The notes beneath the pieces are model-generated. The model searched no databases and was not told the origin of the DNA. It worked only from the letters and a program-made list of their open reading frames with translations. Positions 8,140-14,370 of a stretch of 14,370 bases of DNA are shown in pieces. A program made the position numbers and the translations under genes. Within the stretch, counting starts at the first letter, position 1, and every line of letters starts with the position of its first letter. This DNA comes from an archaeon (lineage in GTDB: Archaea; Iainarchaeota; Iainarchaeia; Iainarchaeales; JAAZKV01): assembly GCA_036170245.1 (NCBI GenBank), contig JAVHOV010000019.1, positions 1 through 14,370 of the forward strand, written 5' to 3'.

Positions 8140-10485
8140 TCACTTTTCAACAACCTCTTCATCACTTTGATTAAAAAGGACATTTAGTACAATAGCAAAA
8201 ATTAAAACTACCCCAATTATGCCCACTATCAAAAAAGGATTTCCTATAGAATTTTCAACCAAGCCAGTGTTTGACACATCAAGCGCTGAATCTTTTTCGC
8301 AAGTGTAACAATTGCTTGCTGTATCCTTAATGCTTGTTTTAACAACCAGTTCTGTTTCTTCAAGCAGTGGGTCTAATAAATTAATTTTATGGGTAGTTAT
8401 ACTGTTATTGCAGTCAATTTGATTTTCACTTAAATTATAATCTTCCCCTAAAGAAGAAGTTACACTTAAATTAACTTTTACATTAGTTGAGCATTTAATT
8501 GAAACCAAAATATTATTGTCCTCTGAAACATCAGTAAACAATTCTAATATTGAATTGAATTCTTCCCCAATAGGAGAAGGGCTTCTTGTTGCTTTACAAT
8601 TTGAATTAATATCACTGACACATTTCCAACTCACGCTTGAACCAATTATTGAGTCAAGAGTAGGGGAGTCTATTGAAGCAACCCCTTTTTCACATAGCAA
8701 ATAACTTCCAGGAAAACTTTCTCCGATTAGATAACTTTTATTTGCATTCCCGCAAACCCCTTCTTCTTTTACAGTTGAAACACATTCATTATTTATTTTA
8801 ATGTAACCTTCATTACACCCCCATTCACATTTTCTGTCAGTATTTATTTTTGATAAAACACTTGCAATATTCTGATCCAAACCAACCCCATCGTTACTAT
8901 ACAAAGTAGCATTATCAAAATCACCTAAACAAAAATAAGTGTTCATAACGCACTTATTTACATCAACCCCACTTCCTTTATGAAACCCATTCCTACAATA
9001 ATACTCACACTTTGCAATTGTATTTAAATCAACTAATTTTTTAAACGTTAAAGCATTCAAATCAAAATCATCTTTGAAATATATCATTGTGTTAGAATCA
9101 ATATTTCCATCGCATAAATAAGGCAGGCATTTATTTATGTCCAACCCAGTTCCTTTATAGTACCCCTTTTTGCAGTACCATTCGCATTTTCTTTCTGAAC
9201 AATTTCCGTTTGAAGAAATAAGAATATTGGTTAATCCTTTTGCTGTCAAAAATACATCATCATTAGCGCATAAAGTTGCATTTGAAAAAGTATTTCCATC
9301 ACACACAAGTGTTGAGAAAGGCAAACACACTCCTTCTTTTTCATAAAACCCTTCTCTACAGTAATATTCACATTTTCTGCTAAAAGAACATTCGCTGCCT
9401 GAAGACAAAAGAGACTTTGTATAAAAATTATCTAAACCAATATCATCATTTTCACAAACAACCGCATTAGAATCAATTTCCCCATTACACAAATATGGCA
9501 GACAATTATCATTTAATTTGTAAAATCCTGATTTGCAATGGTATTCACATTTTCTGTTACTGTCCGCTTCAACCAGTTTATTAATTAAATCAGATTTTGG
9601 GATTATCCCAATATTATCCCCTGAGTAAATAACTGAATTTGGATCAACTTCTCCTCCGCACACCAAAGGCAGACAAAAATTACCATCTTTATAAAATCCA
9701 TCTTTGCAGTGAGATTCACATTTGTTAGAGGTATTTGCATCAACCAAAGTAACTGAAGTATCCTTTGTCAATTCAGTAGCATCAAAAGAATAAATTTCAG
9801 AGTTTGCAGCAATATTTCCAGTGCATATGTAAGGTTTGCATGAAAAGGAATTATTCAAAAAAACTCGATAGTATCCTAATTTGCATTCCCAAGAACATTT
9901 TCTTGTTTCTGTATCACATTCAGGGGTCAGATATTTATCCATAGAATAAGGAATTTGTGAATTTGCATTAGGACACATCACAGCGTTAGGATCTATGGGG
10001 GGAGAAGTTTCATAACAGACATTTGGAATGCATTCAGGAGAACCCCATCTATTGGCTGTTGAGTAACTATAACCTAACTGACAAACATATTCACATTGCT
10101 CCCCAGAACAGGATGAAACAAAAGAACCTGTCATATTATAGGTTAAATCTGCATCTGCCCCGGGGCAAAGAACTGTTTCAGAAGGAATATCATATCCTTT
10201 TTGGCAGGAATAAGGAATGCATGAGGAGGCAATTGGATAAGTACCTGCTGAATAATAAAATCCCAAATTGCACATATAAGAGCATTTAACCAATTCACCC
10301 GCTAGAGGAGTAATTCTACAAATAGAAGTCAATGTTTTTTGATAAGATCCTGCTATAGTAGGATATGTAGTCAAACAAGGATGAGAATTTTTATCAATAG
10401 AGCCCATGCAAGTATAAGCGCTTGCAAATTGTAAAAGTACAACTAATAATAGAATTATTAAAAAAATAAAATCGAACTTCTTCAT
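8140..10485 (-). CDS. Secreted, C-terminally membrane-anchored cysteine-repeat surface protein (9 repeats)
   Basis: Signal peptide MKKFDFIFLIILLLVVLLQFASA; start likely ATG 10485, with alternative ATGs up to 10503. Nine ~55-68-aa repeats C.G..D.N....D...L...LV..N..KCEy.C..G(F/Y)...C.P, then a G.CG.A..GESFPGSY.LC..G..W.C domain, a beta-rich domain and TM helix FLIVGIIGVVLIFAIVLNVLF. Confidence 0.88.
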   Translation of the reverse strand: MKKFDFIFLIILLLVVLLQFASAYTCMGSIDKNSHPCLTTYPTIAGSYQKTLTSICRITPLAGELVKCSYMCNLGFYYSAGTYPIASSCIPYSCQKGYDIPSETVLCPGADADLTYNMTGSFVSSCSGEQCEYVCQLGYSYSTANRWGSPECIPNVCYETSPPIDPNAVMCPNANSQIPYSMDKYLTPECDTETRKCSWECKLGYYRVFLNNSFSCKPYICTGNIAANSEIYSFDATELTKDTSVTLVDANTSNKCESHCKDGFYKDGNFCLPLVCGGEVDPNSVIYSGDNIGIIPKSDLINKLVEADSNRKCEYHCKSGFYKLNDNCLPYLCNGEIDSNAVVCENDDIGLDNFYTKSLLSSGSECSFSRKCEYYCREGFYEKEGVCLPFSTLVCDGNTFSNATLCANDDVFLTAKGLTNILISSNGNCSERKCEWYCKKGYYKGTGLDINKCLPYLCDGNIDSNTMIYFKDDFDLNALTFKKLVDLNTIAKCEYYCRNGFHKGSGVDVNKCVMNTYFCLGDFDNATLYSNDGVGLDQNIASVLSKINTDRKCEWGCNEGYIKINNECVSTVKEEGVCGNANKSYLIGESFPGSYLLCEKGVASIDSPTLDSIIGSSVSWKCVSDINSNCKATRSPSPIGEEFNSILELFTDVSEDNNILVSIKCSTNVKVNLSVTSSLGEDYNLSENQIDCNNSITTHKINLLDPLLEETELVVKTSIKDTASNCYTCEKDSALDVSNTGLVENSIGNPFLIVGIIGVVLIFAIVLNVLFNQSDEEVVEK
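8776..10416 (-). repeat. Nine tandem Cys-rich protein repeats (intragenic)
   Basis: Recurrent (K/Q)C(E/S)x.C..G(F/Y) core, visible at DNA level as repeated plus-strand ATTCACATTT(T)-like motifs. Confidence 0.9.
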
Positions 10486-10549
10486 AATCATCAATTCATG
10501 CATAAAATATTTTTCTTTACAGTGCTTTCTTTGACTAAAAAAGGAAAAA

Positions 10550-13504
10550 CTACTCAGCAGTAGGAGTTACTTTTTTTAGTAAAATAAACCCAGCTACAAG
10601 CACAATTCCAATTATTACTATAATTACAAGGATTAAATAAATAGGAAATGGTTCCTCACTTACTTGATTTACCGGACTATAATCCATAAAATAATTAAGT
10701 TCACAAGTTGAACAATCAGCTTTATTCCCACCTAGGCTAGCCATTACTATTATTGATCTCTCAGTATTAGACGCAGAAGTTAAATTAATTTTGTGAGTAC
10801 TTTCACTTGCGGTGCAATCAAGTTGGTTTTGACTTGCAGTGTAAGGTTCTTTTGTTAAATAATCAATTATATCCAAATTAATTACAGTAGTTTTTGCACA
10901 CTTCAAAGTCACTTCAATATTACCATCATCAAGCATCTTAGAAGAAACCTTTAATATTGAGTTTGAAGGATTAGTTTCTTCTTCGTTTGACACATAAGGG
11001 CTTGACACTCTTGTTGCAGAACAATTTGCATTTGTATCAAAAGTACAACTCCACTGGGCAATAGAGCCAACTTCACTATCTAAAACTGGATTAGTTAAAG
11101 AAGAAACACCCGCATCACACAAAGAATAACTACCAGGAAAACTTTCCCCAACAAGAAAACCCCGCTCAGCATTCCCGCAGACTGCATTCTTAACTGTACT
11201 TAAAACACAAGCGTCCCCTACTTTAGTATAATTATTCGCACAATGGTATTCACATTTTCTTGAAGTATTACTCTCAACAAGAACAACATTCAAATCACCA
11301 ACCAAACCAGAATCATCACCAAGATAAACAATCGCCCCATTTATTGACCCCTTACAAGAATACCTACTAGGAAGACAAACACCCACCCCACTCACAGAAC
11401 CCAAATAAAAACCACCCTTGCAAAAATACTCACACTTTCTAAAAGTATTCACATCAACCAAAACCTTAGAAAAATTAGAATCAAGACCCCTATCATCACC
11501 AGAAAAAATAACCGCATTACCATCAATCAACCCAGTACAAAAAAAGTTCTCTTTATGCTCTGGCAAACAAACATACCCTGAATTTGAATCATCCAAATAA
11601 TAACCACTCTTACAATGCCACTCACACTTCAAACTAGAATTATCCAAAACCAAAATATTTGTCCAATTATCCAAAATAGAAATATTTGCATCATCCCCAA
11701 CATACATTTCTGCATTCGGATCAATATTCCCGTCACAAGCCCTAACCACTTCAGAAACACAAACAGTAGAATATAATCCTGATCCTGGCTTGTAACCAGA
11801 ATTGCAATACCATTCGCACTTTCTAGGACCATTAAATTCAACTAAATTAATTTTTAAATTTGAATCTAAATTTATGTTTTCATCAGGATACATTATAGCG
11901 TTAGAATCAACAGAACCAGTGCAATAATATTTGCTTGGCAAACAGTTATTTTCATCAGCCCCACTTCCTTTGTAATAACCATCATTACAATGATATTCAC
12001 ATTTGTCTACAGAATTAGAAGCAACTAATTTACTTTTTGTATTTGCACTTAAGTCTAAATTATCATCAACATAAATAACTGTATTTTTATCAAGAAGCTG
12101 AGAGTCTGTGCAAACAAATGGATTTGGAATACATTTGTTTTTTGTAGAATTTAAAATAAAATTGCTTTTGCAGTGATATTCACATTTATTTGGAGAATTT
12201 GCTTCAACAAGCACAGAGTCAACATTTGAAGTAAGTCCAGAATCATCCCCTTCATAAATTACTGAATTGCCATCAAGAGCTGAAGAACATTGATATTCAT
12301 AAACCAAACATTTTCTTTCATTGTTTACTAAGCCCAAATAAAATCCAGAATTGCATTGGTATTCACATTTTCTTTCAATTGAGCATGAAGATACAAGCAA
12401 ATTTTTAATTGTTGCCGAAGTCAACTGAGTATTATCCTTTTCACACATAACTGAATTATTTAAATCAATACTGCCTGCAGAACAAATATAGGGAACACAA
12501 GATCCGCCGGAATTGTAATAATAAGTATTGCATGAGTAAGTACAGTCTTTTGGAGAAGAATCATATTTGTAAGTATTATTTTCAAATACTACCCAAGCGC
12601 TTCCATTCCATTTTTCAGAATATTTATTATCAACTTTATTTGCAAATGCATTTTGAGGAACTGCCCCCAAACATGAATTAATTCTTTTTGTTTCAAATTG
12701 ACAAGTAACAGTACAATTCAAACTGCCCTTGATACAATCAAACCCTTCATCAATCTGCCCATCACAATCATTGCCAATTCCATCACAAACTTCAGAAACT
12801 CCAGGTCTTAGACTTGGGTTTGAATCATTACAGTCAGTGTTTGGCAAAACATAGGCCCCATAGGGTGCAGCACAACTATACAATGGACTCCCTGCACCAA
12901 ATCCATCCTGATCATTATCTAAGTAATATGCATTTTTTGTAAATCCTTCATCTATTTGCCCATCACAATCATCATCAAGACCATTACAAATTTCGGTTGT
13001 GCAAACAGGGTCAGGAATAATAGGCACTCCAGGAGTTACTGCTGGAGCTGCACCAATAAAATCATCAAATGTAGAATACCCTTCAGAACTTCTAAAAACA
13101 ATTGATTTAATTTTTGTATTAGTTGCTCCATCAACAAATATTATTGTTGGGTAAAATTTCACATTTTCATATTTACTTAGCACTGTAGCTGCAGGTTGGG
13201 CACTTTGATTTGATCCATTTGCATAAACTAAAGGAACTCGCTTTTCTATTGACCAATTATAAAAAGTATCTGTGTCAAAAACATGCCGCATTGCAGTATC
13301 ACACAAAGGACATGATGAACCCCCAAAAAATATAACTATATAATTTCCATTTGTTTTTGCAAGATTAACTGCAGCAGAAAGATCAGTTGTCCATTTTCCT
13401 GCAGTAGCGCCACTTGTTTGAAGAGTAGGAACATAACTGAACGCGATCGGAGCTAAAAAGAATATTAAGCACAGCAAAAAAAACAAACTAATTTTTTTAT
13501 CCAT
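10550..13504 (-). CDS. Secreted, membrane-anchored multidomain protein: thioredoxin-like domain, MopE-like metal-binding motifs and Cys-rich repeats
   Basis: Signal peptide (MDKKISLFFLLCLIFFLAPIAFS). Thioredoxin-like W..D...A...AK....IVIFF...CPLC...FYPTIIFVD. Motifs EICNGLDDDCDGQIDEG, YY.D.DQDGFG and DCNDSNP...PG..EVCDGIGNDCDGQIDEG. Then 7 repeats plus one variant, the same C-terminal domains as the neighbouring gene, and a TM helix followed by KK. Confidence 0.9.
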   Translation of the reverse strand: MDKKISLFFLLCLIFFLAPIAFSYVPTLQTSGATAGKWTTDLSAAVNLAKTNGNYIVIFFGGSSCPLCDTAMRHVFDTDTFYNWSIEKRVPLVYANGSNQSAQPAATVLSKYENVKFYPTIIFVDGATNTKIKSIVFRSSEGYSTFDDFIGAAPAVTPGVPIIPDPVCTTEICNGLDDDCDGQIDEGFTKNAYYLDNDQDGFGAGSPLYSCAAPYGAYVLPNTDCNDSNPSLRPGVSEVCDGIGNDCDGQIDEGFDCIKGSLNCTVTCQFETKRINSCLGAVPQNAFANKVDNKYSEKWNGSAWVVFENNTYKYDSSPKDCTYSCNTYYYNSGGSCVPYICSAGSIDLNNSVMCEKDNTQLTSATIKNLLVSSCSIERKCEYQCNSGFYLGLVNNERKCLVYEYQCSSALDGNSVIYEGDDSGLTSNVDSVLVEANSPNKCEYHCKSNFILNSTKNKCIPNPFVCTDSQLLDKNTVIYVDDNLDLSANTKSKLVASNSVDKCEYHCNDGYYKGSGADENNCLPSKYYCTGSVDSNAIMYPDENINLDSNLKINLVEFNGPRKCEWYCNSGYKPGSGLYSTVCVSEVVRACDGNIDPNAEMYVGDDANISILDNWTNILVLDNSSLKCEWHCKSGYYLDDSNSGYVCLPEHKENFFCTGLIDGNAVIFSGDDRGLDSNFSKVLVDVNTFRKCEYFCKGGFYLGSVSGVGVCLPSRYSCKGSINGAIVYLGDDSGLVGDLNVVLVESNTSRKCEYHCANNYTKVGDACVLSTVKNAVCGNAERGFLVGESFPGSYSLCDAGVSSLTNPVLDSEVGSIAQWSCTFDTNANCSATRVSSPYVSNEEETNPSNSILKVSSKMLDDGNIEVTLKCAKTTVINLDIIDYLTKEPYTASQNQLDCTASESTHKINLTSASNTERSIIVMASLGGNKADCSTCELNYFMDYSPVNQVSEEPFPIYLILVIIVIIGIVLVAGFILLKKVTPTAE
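11201..12676 (-). repeat. Seven Cys-rich repeats plus one Trp-containing variant (intragenic)
   Basis: Same KCEy.C..G(F/Y) repeat as the paralog. The first unit (CLGAVPQNA...WNGSAW...CTYSC..C) is a variant. Confidence 0.88.
12743..12994 (-). repeat. Two MopE-like putative metal-binding motifs (E.C.G..(D/N)DCDGQIDEG)
   Basis: Motifs at 12944-12994 and 12743-12835. An exact 16-nt repeat TGCCCATCACAATCAT occurs at 12756-12771 and 12957-12972. Confidence 0.8.
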
Positions 13505-13533
13505 AAACTCAAGTATTTTAGTTGTTTTTCAAA

Positions 13534-13546
13534 TTAAAAAACCTTT
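13534..13546 (-). promoter_or_regulatory. Candidate BRE-TATA for the 984-aa surface protein gene
   Basis: Minus strand AAAGGTTTTTTAA ends about 29 nt before the ATG at 13504. No SD motif, which is consistent with a very short leader. Confidence 0.4.
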
Positions 13547-13554
13547 ATGTAAAG

Positions 13555-13617
13555 CCAGTTAATTAAAACTAGCCTAATTAACCAGATATTTTTTAAAAAT
13601 TAAAAGAAACAAAAAAA
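13555..13617 (-). terminator. Putative terminator after the DUF2203-like gene: T tracts and stem-loop
   Basis: After the stop comes TTTTTTTGTTTCTTTT, then CTGGTTAATTAGG-CTAGT-TTTAATTAACTGG (13555-13585), a 13-bp stem whose four non-Watson-Crick pairs are G-U on the minus strand. Confidence 0.5.
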
Positions 13618-14046
13618 TTACATTAGTTTTTTCAAATTTTCTATAGTTTCTTCTTGTAATTGTTTTACAGGCTTTCTATTAGTTGCATCTTCATTTAAAT
13701 AATGCCAGAACAATATTTGCTCTTCAATTGGTTTCCAGCACAACAAAATTTCTTTTCCAGAGTGTCTTGAGTAAAAATCAAGTTCCATTTTTTCTAAATC
13801 CCTCATTACACACCCTTGTCGGATTAGAAAACCTAAAAGAGTATACATTTCTAAATTTTTTTCATGAAAGTTTTTGTTTAATTCTACTTCTAAAAGAAAA
13901 TTTTCCATTGAATCATTATCAAATTCTATTTTAGTATTATCAAGCAATTGAAGCTGCTCGTTGAGTTCAAATAGTCTCTCAACGTCAGGCTTTATTCTCT
14001 GAATCAACTCATTAGCCTGTGCAACTGATAAATATATTTTTGACAT
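13618..14046 (-). CDS. DUF2203-family protein (function unknown)
   Basis: N-terminal Y.S...AN.LI, a coiled segment, then G...RD.....LDF.....G.EI.LCWK..E..I.FWH......R.P, matching the DUF2203 pattern as recalled. Confidence 0.8.
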   Translation of the reverse strand: MSKIYLSVAQANELIQRIKPDVERLFELNEQLQLLDNTKIEFDNDSMENFLLEVELNKNFHEKNLEMYTLLGFLIRQGCVMRDLEKMELDFYSRHSGKEILLCWKPIEEQILFWHYLNEDATNRKPVKQLQEETIENLKKLM

Positions 14047-14067
14047 AAAAGAAGAACTGTTAAAAGG

Positions 14068-14075
14068 TTTATAAA
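14068..14075 (-). promoter_or_regulatory. TATA box (TTTATAAA) for a probably leaderless DUF2203-like transcript
   Basis: Palindromic TTTATAAA 21 nt upstream of the ATG at 14046, with no SD motif. It could also act on the plus strand (AAAAGGTTTATAAA). Confidence 0.5.
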
Positions 14076-14155
14076 TTATTTGAATTTTCTAAAAACCCGT
14101 TTTGGGAGAAGATTGTTTATAAGGATTTAAAGTATTTAATCATTTTGTTTAAAGT

Positions 14156-14370
14156 GGTTCTGTAGAAATCCTATTTGGTTTGTATCCAAAGCTTAATTTT
14201 TATGATTCGTCCGATGTGTTCAATGTTGTATGCTAATGCTTTGATGGTTACAGTTTTTTGTTGATTGCTCGCACTGCGAGCACGAACAAACCCTCCAAGG
14301 GTTTGTTTAATAGCAGAATTTACTGTTTCAGCTAACGCACGTTGATTGTAAATAGTTTTGTTAAACATTT
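14156..14370 (-). mobile_element. Right end of an IS5-family insertion sequence, truncated by the window edge
   Basis: Candidate TIR GGTTCTGTAGAAATC (14156-14170) directly abuts the transposase stop codon and resembles IS903-type ends (GGCTTTGTTGAA...). Confidence 0.75.
14171..14370 (-). CDS. IS5/IS4-superfamily DDE transposase, C-terminal fragment (5' end outside window)
   Basis: Y(2)R(3)E(6)K signature YNQRALAETVNSAIK, followed by G..VRAR....Q...K.LAYNI. The Met at 14368 is almost certainly internal. Confidence 0.88.
   Translation of the reverse strand, partial: MFNKTIYNQRALAETVNSAIKQTLGGFVRARSASNQQKTVTIKALAYNIEHIGRIIKIKLWIQTK

Noticed and set aside
8140..10670. PF before the C-terminal TM helix of both surface proteins as an archaeosortase signal
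   Set aside because: It does not match PGF/PEF/PIP-type motifs, and the shorter protein has an acidic rather than basic tail.
8776..12676. Recurrent TATTCACATTTTCT-like DNA repeats considered as a CRISPR array or DGR template/variable repeats
   Set aside because: Spacing is about 170-200 nt and in frame, and the repeats encode the RKCEY peptide. There is no cas or reverse transcriptase gene and no adenine-specific mismatch pair.
8516..13934. Short ORFs overlapping the surface-protein and DUF2203-like genes (8516-8704, 10023-10289, 11418-11600, 11629-11841, 13683-13934)
   Set aside because: They are nested in longer, better-supported CDSs and have no homology signal.

Overview
AT-rich archaeal DNA, probably a DPANN lineage; Diapherotrites/Iainarchaeota is a guess from gene style, not shown by the sequence. 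All supported genes lie on the minus strand. In transcription order: the 3' end and terminal inverted repeat of an IS5-type DDE transposase, a DUF2203-like gene, two paralogous membrane-anchored cysteine-repeat surface proteins (984 aa with a thioredoxin-like domain and MopE-like motifs; about 780 aa), and the core RNA polymerase operon rpoH-rpoB''-rpoB'-rpoA'-rpoA''. The operon is followed by a terminator-like hairpin and a probable IS200/IS605-type end. The most striking signal is the polymerase. NADFDGD and the main Zn sites are intact, but normally near-invariant residues around the catalytic centre are replaced in all four large subunits: trigger loop TFH->TKH, bridge helix REGL->RQGE, Rpo2 ED->MD, QSPRN->MAGKA and ETPEG->ETPDG. 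RpoA'' also has a ~90-aa acidic N-terminal region containing a KKKRKV basic patch. Reference motifs and yeast/E. coli numbering are recalled from memory and need alignment to confirm.
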